Source of the DNA: an uncultured bacterium
Lineage (GTDB): Bacteria; Krumholzibacteriota; Krumholzibacteriia; Krumholzibacteriales; Krumholzibacteriaceae
DNA length: 54,075 nucleotides
Assembly (NCBI GenBank): GCA_965371515.1
Contig: CBDUYR010000017.1
Coordinates: 1 to 54,075, forward strand
Direction: 5' to 3'
Part shown: positions 8,693-17,145 of the stretch, piece by piece
Layout: every line of letters starts with the position of its first letter
Numbering within the stretch: the first letter of the stretch is position 1
The notes under the pieces: model-generated
The model's database searches: none
What the model saw: the letters and a program-made list of their open reading frames with translations, nothing else
Told to the model about the DNA's origin: nothing
Program-made: the position numbers and the translations under genes

Positions 8693-9537
8693 TCAGAGCG
8701 GGAGAGTTCGAGATAAGAGCCGTCGATACGGGAAGATTCAAGCTCGACGGCGGCGCGATGTTCGGTGTCGTGCCGAAGGCGATGTGGGAGAAGACCGATC
8801 CGGCCGACAGCAGGAACAGGATCGATATGCACATGAGGGCGCTCTACGCCGAGGGCGCCGGACGCAGGATCCTCGTAGACTGCGGGGCCGGAACGAAGCT
8901 CGACGACAAGATGGTGGAAATCTACGAGATCGAGTGCCGGCCGTTGAGAAAGGTCCTCGAGGAGCACGGGATAGATCCCGATTCGATAACCGATGCGATC
9001 GCGACGCACCTGCATTTCGATCATGCCGGCGGATATACGTATTATGACGGAGCCGGAGAACTGGCGCTCGCGCTTCCCAACGCGACGCACCACGTGCAGC
9101 GCAGGCAGTGGGAGGCAGCTACCGGTCCGAACGAGAAGGACAGGGCGAGCTTCTTTCCCGAGAATTTCCTGCCGATCGAGGAGGCCGGCAGGCTGAACCT
9201 GCTCGACGGGGAGAGCGAGATCGTGCCCGGCGTCCGCGTCGTGCCGACCGAGGGCCATACGCCGGGGCACCAGGTCGTGCTGTTCGGCGAGGGTGAGGGG
9301 ACGGTCATGTACTGCGGCGACCTGATCCCGCTCGCGTCCCATATCAACCTCCCATGGATAATGGCCTACGACCATTTACCGCTCAGTACTCTCGAGGAGA
9401 AGAAAAAGCTTCTCGGAGAGGCGGCAGACGGGGACTGGGTCCTTTTCTTTGAGCACGATCCGGCGATCGCCGCCTGCCGCATCAGCAGGAACGACAGGGG
9501 CAGGTTCGAGATCTCCAGGACCGTCGAGACAGGATAG
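8689..9537 (+). CDS. MBL-fold hydrolase, YtnP-like
   Basis: LDGGAMFGVVPK, THLHFDHAGG, GHTPGHQ, MAYD, FEHD. Confidence 0.9.
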   Translation: MIRAGEFEIRAVDTGRFKLDGGAMFGVVPKAMWEKTDPADSRNRIDMHMRALYAEGAGRRILVDCGAGTKLDDKMVEIYEIECRPLRKVLEEHGIDPDSITDAIATHLHFDHAGGYTYYDGAGELALALPNATHHVQRRQWEAATGPNEKDRASFFPENFLPIEEAGRLNLLDGESEIVPGVRVVPTEGHTPGHQVVLFGEGEGTVMYCGDLIPLASHINLPWIMAYDHLPLSTLEEKKKLLGEAADGDWVLFFEHDPAIAACRISRNDRGRFEISRTVETG

Positions 9538-9542
9538 ATCGT

Positions 9543-10133
9543 TTGGAAGATGATATTCTCATGCAGCGGGCGAAGGGAGGAGACCATGACGCCTTCCGCC
9601 GACTCGTTGAAATATACAAGAGCGAGATCTACAACTACTTCATCAGGTCCACCGGTTCGATCGAGGATTCGGAGGACCTGACGCAGCATTGCTTCGTCAA
9701 TCTCTACAACAGTCTCGACAGGTACCGCAGGAGCGCGTCGCTGAGGACTTTCATCTACCGGATCGCTACCAACCTGGCGATCAGTTTCTCGAGAAAGCGT
9801 AAATCACCCCTTTCACTCGACCTCCTGATAGAGGGCGGGTACAACCCGGCCTCTCAGTCATCGACCGACCGCCCGGAGGATCTTATCCACGCGCGTGAGC
9901 TCCAGAAAGCTTATCTCGAGGCCCTGGCGAAGCTGCCCGCGGAGTGGTCCCTGATACTTGATCTGAGGATCGGGAAAGAGTTGTCTTACAAGGAGATAGC
10001 GGATACTGCGGGCCGAAGTGTCTCATCGGTCGAGTCCATTCTCTTCCGGGCGCGTGAAAAGCTCTCGGCCGGGATGGCACCTTTCCTGAGCAGGGAGGAT
10101 ACCGGGCCACCGGGAGGAAGCAGAAAAAAATAA
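9543..10133 (+). CDS. ECF RNA polymerase sigma factor
   Basis: DSEDLTQ..F, FIYRIATN, LSYKEIA....RSVSSVESILFRAR; TTG start. Confidence 0.9.
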   Translation: MEDDILMQRAKGGDHDAFRRLVEIYKSEIYNYFIRSTGSIEDSEDLTQHCFVNLYNSLDRYRRSASLRTFIYRIATNLAISFSRKRKSPLSLDLLIEGGYNPASQSSTDRPEDLIHARELQKAYLEALAKLPAEWSLILDLRIGKELSYKEIADTAGRSVSSVESILFRAREKLSAGMAPFLSREDTGPPGGSRKK

Positions 10134-10204
10134 TTAGTAATATTGTCAGTATTATGAAGGAAAATGAATTTTGATGCGTTAATATATTCAGGAAAGGGAG
10201 AAGT

Positions 10205-10648
10205 ATGGATTGTAATGATTTCGAGAAGCTGACGGGCAGAGTGCTCGACGGGGAAGCCTCGCCGGAAGAGGCGACAGCGCTTGAGGCACACGCTGTCTCT
10301 TGTGAAAGCTGCGCTGTCCTGATCGGCGATCTGTCGGCGCTCGGCCGGGTTCACTCCCGATTGCCGGAGTTCGAGCCGTCCGGCGGGCTTACCGACAGGA
10401 TCATGGCCGGTATCGAGAGGTTCGAAACGGGGCGGACAGGCTGGAGATGGAGAGTACTCGTTCCTGCCGCCGCCGCTGTCTTCGTGCTGCTCGGAATCAG
10501 GATCGGAACGCAGATAATGGATTCATGGTTCGAGAAGGCCGAGGTACAGCACGCCGAGGTCACTGGACTGGAATATCTCGAGATCTATCCTCCCAACTCG
10601 TTCGGAGAGGCCATGGAACTTGCCGCGAAGGGAGAGAACGATGAATAA
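10205..10648 (+). CDS. zf-HC2 anti-sigma factor, single TM
   Basis: HAVSCESC; TM segment VLVPAAAAVFVLLGI; RBS upstream. Confidence 0.88.
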   Translation: MDCNDFEKLTGRVLDGEASPEEATALEAHAVSCESCAVLIGDLSALGRVHSRLPEFEPSGGLTDRIMAGIERFETGRTGWRWRVLVPAAAAVFVLLGIRIGTQIMDSWFEKAEVQHAEVTGLEYLEIYPPNSFGEAMELAAKGENDE

Positions 10649-11162
10649 GCGGACCCTGAAGGCTATACTTGTCGTTTCGCTCGCTTTCAATCTCGCAGTG
10701 GTAGCCACCGTGGCGGTCGGCTACGTGGTCCGTGACTCGGGCACATCGGGCCAGTCGGTCGGCGAAGGGGAGATCCCGATCGATGATCATGGCAAGCGCC
10801 TGTCGAAGTGCATCGGCCTGACGGGAAAGAAGGCGAAGTGTTTCGAGGATGTGATGGCCGGGACGAGCGAGGAAGCCAGTAAGATAAAGGCGGAGCTGGA
10901 GGGGGAACGGAACGATCTCTTCCACCTGCTCCAGACGAAGGAGCCCGACGAGCAGGCCATAATGGCCAGGGTCGAGAGTATCTCGGTCCTTCAGGGACAG
11001 CTCGAGAAACTCCTCGTCAAGAGACTTGTCGATTCGAGGGCCGTTCTTGAACCGGAGGAGGATGCAAGGCTTCTCTACCTGATTCGATGCAGCATGAGAC
11101 CTGGTTGTATAGGCGAGGAAAACTGTCCCTACAGCAAGACAGAAAAGGAAGGTTCCGAATGA
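10641..11162 (+). CDS. Periplasmic heavy-metal sensor / Spy-CpxP family protein
   Basis: Start re-called at MNKRTLK; LVVSLAFNLAVV anchor; helical body with PD..AI and LEPEE motifs; five Cys. Confidence 0.75.
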   Translation: MNKRTLKAILVVSLAFNLAVVATVAVGYVVRDSGTSGQSVGEGEIPIDDHGKRLSKCIGLTGKKAKCFEDVMAGTSEEASKIKAELEGERNDLFHLLQTKEPDEQAIMARVESISVLQGQLEKLLVKRLVDSRAVLEPEEDARLLYLIRCSMRPGCIGEENCPYSKTEKEGSE

Positions 11163-11674
11163 AGAGATTCGCATCTTTGATCACAGTGCTTCTTCTTGTC
11201 GCCGCCGTCACGGCGGTTTCGGCGCAGGAGAAGGAAGTTCCCCCGGCCGAGCCCTGCTCGTCCATCGACTCGGAGACCAAGGTAAAGTTTCAGAAGCTCA
11301 AGCTCCAGTACGAACTCTCGATGGTCGATCTCAAGGCCGAAAAGGGCAAGCTCCACGAGGAAATGATGGCGGAGCTTCTCAAGGAGGAGTCCTCCACGAA
11401 GACGATCGAGAAGCTGGGCAAGTCGATGAACGGCGTCCAGTACAAGATGCACGAGGCAAAGATCGACTACATCCTGAAAGTGAAGAAGATCTTCCCTGCC
11501 GATCACTGGAAGGCGTTCCTTAACAAGCAGCACACTGCGGGCATGGGGCACGGCACTGCCGCGAAGGGGTGCTGTCCCATGATGGGCACCAAGGGCCACA
11601 AGTGCACGACCGCCTGCACGCATTCTGCCCCCAGGGCCGGTTGCAAGACTCCATGCGTCAAGGTCAAAAAGTAG
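11159..11674 (+). CDS. Spy/CpxP/ZraP-like secreted protein with Cys/His/Met-rich tail
   Basis: Start re-called at MKRFAS (ATGA overlap); signal peptide; coiled-coil core; tail HGTAAKGCCPMMGTKGHKCTTACTH...CKTPC. Confidence 0.7.
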   Translation: MKRFASLITVLLLVAAVTAVSAQEKEVPPAEPCSSIDSETKVKFQKLKLQYELSMVDLKAEKGKLHEEMMAELLKEESSTKTIEKLGKSMNGVQYKMHEAKIDYILKVKKIFPADHWKAFLNKQHTAGMGHGTAAKGCCPMMGTKGHKCTTACTHSAPRAGCKTPCVKVKK

Positions 11675-11702
11675 GGCGGAGATCCGATACAGTATGATTC
11701 GA

Positions 11703-11732
11703 GGGGGAGGCCGACGGCCTCCTCCTTTTTTT
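11703..11732. terminator. Rho-independent terminator between convergent genes
   Basis: ggaggcc-gac-ggcctcc followed by T7. Confidence 0.8.
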
Positions 11733-11740
11733 GTGCCGGC

Positions 11741-13069
11741 TTACCCGACCAGCAGGTATCGTGCGAGCAGGTATATGCTTGCCAGGACGACCGATACGAT
11801 CATCAGGGGGAATCCGTAGCGGAAATAGTTGCGGAAGTTGAGCGGGCTTCTCGTCTTCTCGCTGAATCCGGCGATCACGACGTTTGCCGAGGCGCCGACT
11901 AACGTGCCGTTGCCGCCGAGACAGGCTCCCAGGGCGAGACTCCACCAGAGCGGCATCGCCTGTTTCAGCTGCCAGAGCTGGTAGGCGGCCTCGTCCATCC
12001 CCTCGGTGTTGGGGAAGAGGGCCGCGCTTATCCTCATCAGCAGGGGGATCATCGCGGCTACGAACGGAATGTTGTCGAGGAAGGCAGAGGCGATCGCCGA
12101 GACCCAGAGGATGCACAGGCACAGGAGAGTGATGTTGCCGGTCAATGCGAGGATCCTGCCGGCGAGGAATTCAAGGACCCCGGCCTTCTCGAGGCCGCCG
12201 ACCAGCACGAAGAGCCCCATGAAGAAAAAGAGAGTCGTCCACTCGACCTCACTGAGCCTCTTTTCGATGTCCGTTCCGCTCCAGATCAGCAGTGCCCCGC
12301 CGCCCGCAAGGGCGACCGTCGCCGGTTTGAGGCCGAGCCATCCATGGAGCAGAAATCCCAGGACGGTAAGCGCCAGCACTATGAGGCTGCGGCGCAGCAG
12401 AACCGGGTCCTTGATCACCTTCGTTTCGTCCATCCCCGCGATCGTTTCGCGGATTGCGGCGCTTCCCTCTGTAAGCTGTTTTCTGAATATTACCTTCAGG
12501 AGAAGAAGTGTTACGACGAGCACCACCACGGAGATCGGGCCGAGGTGAACCACGAAATCGAGGAAGGAGAGGCCGGTGGCAGATCCGATGAGTATATTGG
12601 GCGGATCTCCGATGAGTGTTGCTGTGCCGCCGATGTTCGCGGCAAGTATCTCGGCGATGAGGAAAGGGAAGGGCGTGATATCGAGCATCTCGGCGATCAG
12701 TATCGTGATGGGCGCGATCAGGAGCACGGTCGTAACGTTGTCGAGAAGGGCCGAGGCGATGGCTGTGAAGATGGAGAACGACAGGAGTATTTTCCAGGCA
12801 TTCCCGCCCGACCTTTTCGCGATTGTGATGGCGAGCCAGCTGAAGACGCCCGTCTCCTTCAGGACGCTGATCAGGAGCATCATGCCGGTAAGGAGACCTA
12901 TCGTGTTGAAGTCGATGAATTCGAAGGCTTCCGTCTGGGTGAGGATATGGAAGACGATGAGGACCACGCCGCCCATGAGGGCTATCTTCGTCCTGTGAAT
13001 CTTCTCGGTGATGATGAAAAAGTAGGACAGGATGAAGATGCCGATTGCCGCTATAGTTCCGGGCGCCAC
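11741..13069 (-). CDS. ArsB/NhaD (ion transporter superfamily, SLC13-like) permease
   Basis: SALLDNVTT, ANIGGTATLIGDPPN, DNIPF, GGNGTLVGASAN; start re-called at the GTG overlapping the CBS stop. Confidence 0.9.
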   Translation of the reverse strand: MAPGTIAAIGIFILSYFFIITEKIHRTKIALMGGVVLIVFHILTQTEAFEFIDFNTIGLLTGMMLLISVLKETGVFSWLAITIAKRSGGNAWKILLSFSIFTAIASALLDNVTTVLLIAPITILIAEMLDITPFPFLIAEILAANIGGTATLIGDPPNILIGSATGLSFLDFVVHLGPISVVVLVVTLLLLKVIFRKQLTEGSAAIRETIAGMDETKVIKDPVLLRRSLIVLALTVLGFLLHGWLGLKPATVALAGGGALLIWSGTDIEKRLSEVEWTTLFFFMGLFVLVGGLEKAGVLEFLAGRILALTGNITLLCLCILWVSAIASAFLDNIPFVAAMIPLLMRISAALFPNTEGMDEAAYQLWQLKQAMPLWWSLALGACLGGNGTLVGASANVVIAGFSEKTRSPLNFRNYFRYGFPLMIVSVVLASIYLLARYLLVG

Positions 13070-13521
13070 TACCGTCCTTCCATGTCGTAGATAGCCCGGC
13101 ACACGTCGCCGAGGCCGATCATCCCGACCAGCCTCGAACCGCTGACCACCGGTATCCTCTGGAATCCCAGCTTGTGGAGCGCAGCCGCGGCCTTCATCAC
13201 GCTTTCCGTCTCCTCGAGGGGCGTGACGTCCTCGCGCATGAGGTCCTCGGCGACGAGCAGCCTCTCCTCGACGGAAAACGTGCTTCTCTCGAGCGCTCCG
13301 AAATCATGAAGGAAATCGATGTTTCTGATGAGGTCGATGTAGTCGGGGAGAAATATCAGGATGAAATCGTCTATCGTGATGATACCGGAAAGGGTGCCGT
13401 CCTCCTCGGTCACGGGCAGGACGGATTCTCCCGTCTCGAAGAAGAGCCGCGCGATCTCACGCATCGGCGTGTGCGGAGCGACGGTCCGGAAGTCGATTTT
13501 CATGTATTTGCTGATTTCCAT
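13069..13521 (-). CDS. CBS domain pair protein
   Basis: Two CBS repeats (LPV..DG.L.GIIT..D; IPVV....LVGMI...D). Confidence 0.9.
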   Translation of the reverse strand: MEISKYMKIDFRTVAPHTPMREIARLFFETGESVLPVTEEDGTLSGIITIDDFILIFLPDYIDLIRNIDFLHDFGALERSTFSVEERLLVAEDLMREDVTPLEETESVMKAAAALHKLGFQRIPVVSGSRLVGMIGLGDVCRAIYDMEGR

Positions 13522-13548
13522 GAACGGTCTCCCCGGCAGGAAGATCTG

Positions 13549-14013
13549 TCACAGGTACTTTTTCTCGGCCGATTCCACGAATGAGAGAAATTCCTTTACG
13601 TCGCGGCAGGCCATCAGCCCCGTCCTCACTTCTTCGTGCTTGATCAGGCGGGAGATCCCGGCGAGCGCCTGTATGTGGGGCCCGGCCCGGTCCTTCGCCG
13701 ATACCATGATGAAGAAGAGATGCGATTTCTCTCCCTCGGCCGACGCGAAGTCTATCCCCTCTTGCGAAAGTCCGAATGCGACGTACAACCTGTCGACGGC
13801 GGAGGTCTTGGCGTGGGGTACGGCGAGCCCCATCCCTATACCCGTACTGGCTTTCGCCTCCCGGTTGCGGATTGCCTCGAGTATCGTATCGCGGTCCTTC
13901 AGGCGGTATGCCGAGCAGAGAAGGTCGACGAGCTCCTCGATCGCCTCGGTCTTCCCGGTCGATTTCATCTCCATCAGGATCGCCGATTTCTTTATCTCTG
14001 ACGAAAGTTTCAT
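13549..14013 (-). CDS. PTS IIA (fructose/Ntr type) domain protein
   Basis: RE...STGIG.GLAVPHAK with the phospho-His intact; start re-called at MKLSSE. Confidence 0.9.
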   Translation of the reverse strand: MKLSSEIKKSAILMEMKSTGKTEAIEELVDLLCSAYRLKDRDTILEAIRNREAKASTGIGMGLAVPHAKTSAVDRLYVAFGLSQEGIDFASAEGEKSHLFFIMVSAKDRAGPHIQALAGISRLIKHEEVRTGLMACRDVKEFLSFVESAEKKYL

Positions 14014-14020
14014 AACAACA

Positions 14021-14049
14021 AATGTAGCGGGCGGTGTCAGGAAAGTCAA
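14021..14049 (-). promoter_or_regulatory. sigma70 promoter, probably giving a leaderless mRNA
   Basis: TTGACT-N17-TACATT, then 7 nt to ATG 14013; no RBS. Confidence 0.55.
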
Positions 14050-14053
14050 CGAA

Positions 14054-14728
14054 TTACCAGATCGCCACACCGGCAGTGAAGTAGAAGTACATCCCGCTGT
14101 AATCCAGGACCACTGCTTTGCCCGTTCCGATGAAATAGGGCGTGTTGCCGAACTTGTCCTCGAATTCATCGACCTTGAGATTCCTGTATCCGAGAGTGAA
14201 TCCGACCTGCACAGGATTGAGGAAGTTCGTGTTGACCTCGGCGTAGATGTCCCACCCATATTCTTTTTTCTTGTACTCGGTAAATCTGTCGCCGCTCTCA
14301 TCGGTTCCGTAAATGACCTTGGCGAACGTTCCCTTTAGCCCAGCGTTTATGTCGATCACTGTTGGAACCCTGAAGATATGGACCGTCCCGCCGAGCGAGA
14401 GAATATCGGCCGGCATCGTGTATGTCACGTAGGACGACGAGCTGATCGGCATGATCTGTTCGGCCCAGAAGTGTTCATATCCCGCGGTCGCAGCGATGCG
14501 GCCGAACATCCAGATCCTTCCCTCGATCATTACGTTGAATCCGCTGGTAAAATCCTCGAAGCTGACTCCGTACTGCTCGCGCACAGCCTGGAGGTTGTCG
14601 TTGAAATCTCCCATCGAATAATATCCGATACCGACGCCCCCCTTGACCTCGAAACCGAGCGGTATTGCCGAAGAGGCAGACGGTACAAGCACAGCGGCCA
14701 CGAGCGTCGCAGCTATCAATTTCTTCAT
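14054..14728 (-). CDS. Outer-membrane beta-barrel protein
   Basis: Start re-called at MKKLIAA; signal peptide; amphipathic strands; C-terminal YFYFTAGVAIW. Confidence 0.75.
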   Translation of the reverse strand: MKKLIAATLVAAVLVPSASSAIPLGFEVKGGVGIGYYSMGDFNDNLQAVREQYGVSFEDFTSGFNVMIEGRIWMFGRIAATAGYEHFWAEQIMPISSSSYVTYTMPADILSLGGTVHIFRVPTVIDINAGLKGTFAKVIYGTDESGDRFTEYKKKEYGWDIYAEVNTNFLNPVQVGFTLGYRNLKVDEFEDKFGNTPYFIGTGKAVVLDYSGMYFYFTAGVAIW

Positions 14729-15876
14729 CCGGGACCCCTTTCCTCGAGATACTTTTCCAGTCTGTCCATGCCTTCCTTTATGTTCTCCAGCGAGTTGGCG
14801 TAGGATATCCGCAGGTGCCCTTCGCCTCTCTCTCCGAAATCGATGCCCGGAGTCAGGGCTACTCCGGCCTTTTCCAGTATGTCGAACGCCAGGCGGAACG
14901 AATCGGGATCGATGTGATCGGCCCTGACGAATATGTAGAACGCTCCCTTCGGCTCGACTGCGTAATCGAGTCCCAGTTCGGGCAGCCTTTTGAGGAGATA
15001 GCGCCTCCTCCTGTCGTATTTTTCCACCATCTCGGGAATCTCGGGATGCTCCACATCGAGAGCTGTTACCGCCGCTTTCTGCACGAATGAGCTGGGCGAT
15101 ATGAAGAAGTTCTGCTGGAGGATCTGCATCTGCCGGATTTTCCCCCCGGGCATTATTACGTATCCGAGCCTCCACCCCGTCATGGCAAACAGCTTCGAGA
15201 AACCGTTAAGCACCCATGCGTCGTCCGTGAACTCGAGGGCGCTGTGTTCTCTCTCGCCGTAGACGAGGCCGTGATATATCTCGTCGCTGACGACGGGCAG
15301 GCCGAGCCCGCATATCTCTTTCATGTCGCCGGCAGGGATGAGAGTCCCCATCGGATTAGCGGGAGAGTTGACCAGTACCGCCCTGGTGCCCGGTCCGATC
15401 GCCGCCCTGACGTCGTCCGGCCGGAGCTGGAATCCATCCTCTTCCCTCGTGGCGATGAAACGGGGAGTGCCGCCGAGATATCTTATGAAATTCGGGTAGC
15501 ATGGATAGCACGGGTTGCCGAGTATGATTTCATCGCCGGCGCCGTCGATCATGCATGAGAGGACGAGAAGCAGGGCGGGAGAGACGCCCATCGTGACGAG
15601 GACCTGTGAGGGAGCGACGCCGCAGTCATAGCGGTCGTTGTACCATCGGGCCACAGCATCGCGGAGTTCGGGGATCCCCCTGCTGTCCGTGTAGTGAGTG
15701 TCCCCGCTCTCGAGCGACTTCTTCGCCGCTTCGATGACGGCGGCAGGCGTGTCGAAATCGGGCTCGCCGATCTCCATGTGTATGATCGATCTGCCCTCAC
15801 GTTCGAGCTCGAGAGCGCGCTCGAGCACTTCCATGACAATGAAGGGTTTGATCTCTCCGCATGCTCCGCGGGTCAT
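14725..15876 (-). CDS. PLP-dependent aminotransferase class I/II
   Basis: IGEPDF, NSPANP.G, SDEIY, GFSK..AMTGWRLG. Confidence 0.95.
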   Translation of the reverse strand: MTRGACGEIKPFIVMEVLERALELEREGRSIIHMEIGEPDFDTPAAVIEAAKKSLESGDTHYTDSRGIPELRDAVARWYNDRYDCGVAPSQVLVTMGVSPALLLVLSCMIDGAGDEIILGNPCYPCYPNFIRYLGGTPRFIATREEDGFQLRPDDVRAAIGPGTRAVLVNSPANPMGTLIPAGDMKEICGLGLPVVSDEIYHGLVYGEREHSALEFTDDAWVLNGFSKLFAMTGWRLGYVIMPGGKIRQMQILQQNFFISPSSFVQKAAVTALDVEHPEIPEMVEKYDRRRRYLLKRLPELGLDYAVEPKGAFYIFVRADHIDPDSFRLAFDILEKAGVALTPGIDFGERGEGHLRISYANSLENIKEGMDRLEKYLEERGPG

Positions 15877-15968
15877 CGGCGCGGTCCTTTCACCTGTAGA
15901 CTACACTGGAGAATACAGTCTTCATGGTGTTAAAGTCAAACATATCGAGGATATGGAAGGAGTCTGAT

Positions 15969-16274
15969 ATGGCAGTATGTTCTGTTGCTATCGTGCCCGT
16001 GGGGACGGGCTCGACGAGCGTCAGCGCCTATGTCGCGAGGTGTCACGAGATCCTTGCCGAAGAAGAGGGGATCAAGTACAGGCTGACCCCGATGTCTACG
16101 GTGATAGAGGGCGATCTCGAGATCGTACTCTCCACCGTGTTGAAGCTTCACAACGTGCCGTTTGAAAAGGGCGCGATGAGGGTGCTGACCTCGATGATGA
16201 TCGACGACCGCCGGGACAGGGAACTGACGATGGACGGCAAGATCTCTTCGGTCGAAGAGAAACTCGGCGGATAG
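15969..16274 (+). CDS. MTH1187 family thiamine-binding protein
   Basis: P.GTGSTSVS.YVA, LTPMSTVIEG, IDDRRD; RBS before ATG 15969. Confidence 0.9.
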   Translation: MAVCSVAIVPVGTGSTSVSAYVARCHEILAEEEGIKYRLTPMSTVIEGDLEIVLSTVLKLHNVPFEKGAMRVLTSMMIDDRRDRELTMDGKISSVEEKLGG

Positions 16275-16283
16275 CATTCACGG

Positions 16284-17051
16284 TCAGCGGCGGGTCATCA
16301 TCGCGAGGGTCCAGCTGCGTCCAGTTCTGCCACCGTCGCGTCTGTACGAGAAGAGATCGCTCTCGCACGCCGTGCACAGCCCCGAGTCGAAGAAGTTCGC
16401 TTGCCTGACGCCGGCCCGTTTTGTCTCGGCCCGTATGAAACGGGGCAGGTCGAGGTGCCAACCCTTCGCGCAACGCTTCCTCGCGTAAGCGGGGAAGCAC
16501 CGCGCCACATCACGGCCGACTTCGTAGCATCTCGGGCATATCCCCGGACCGCATATTGCCACGGTGTTGTCCGGATCGATGCGGTATCTGTCATACAGAA
16601 GGTCGAACGTCTTCCCTATGATGCCGTCCGCCGCCCCGGAACGTCCCACGTGGATCGCGGCCAGTACCATTTCGGACGGCGAATGTATCACCAGGGGAAA
16701 ACAGTCGGCGGAGTTAATCGCCAGGGCGAGCCCTCTCGATACGGTTATGAATCCATCGGTGTCCTCGATCGTTCCGCCCCGCTTCACGAATGCTATCTCC
16801 GTGCCGTGTACCTGTCCGCCCCTCGCGACGCGGTTCGCCCCGATCCCGAGGATCTTTTTCAGCCTGCGCCTGTTCTCCAGGACATCGGTGCGCCTGTCGC
16901 CGACATGGCTCCCGAGGTTCAGGGAATCGAAGGGAGGCATGCTGACGCCTCCACCCCTGGCGGTAAACCATACCCTGAGCGTGGGAGCGAGCGCCTCGAG
17001 GGCGGGGAAGGTACCGATACGAAGACCGTTCTCTTCGATCCATGTGATCAT
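16284..17051 (-). CDS. pgeF: Peptidoglycan editing factor PgeF / YfiH (laccase-domain nucleoside phosphorylase)
   Basis: GGVS..PFDSLNLG, QVHG, ADC, CYEVG, CTAC, FSYRRDG. Confidence 0.9.
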   Translation of the reverse strand: MITWIEENGLRIGTFPALEALAPTLRVWFTARGGGVSMPPFDSLNLGSHVGDRRTDVLENRRRLKKILGIGANRVARGGQVHGTEIAFVKRGGTIEDTDGFITVSRGLALAINSADCFPLVIHSPSEMVLAAIHVGRSGAADGIIGKTFDLLYDRYRIDPDNTVAICGPGICPRCYEVGRDVARCFPAYARKRCAKGWHLDLPRFIRAETKRAGVRQANFFDSGLCTACESDLFSYRRDGGRTGRSWTLAMMTRR

Positions 17052-17145
17052 AAGTGATAAGTTCTGTTGACAGGCCGTCGCCGGTCAAGGAAAACTTGAG
17101 CGTGCCGGCTTGATTCCGGCATGTGCCGGGAAGGAAAGGCTGCCC

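Noticed and set aside
14729..15175. Long N-terminal extensions in the ORF track (also 14014-14301, 44480-44977, 5721-5924, 38864-39010)
   Set aside because: They overlap neighbouring real genes; starts were re-called at RBS, coupling or signal-peptide positions
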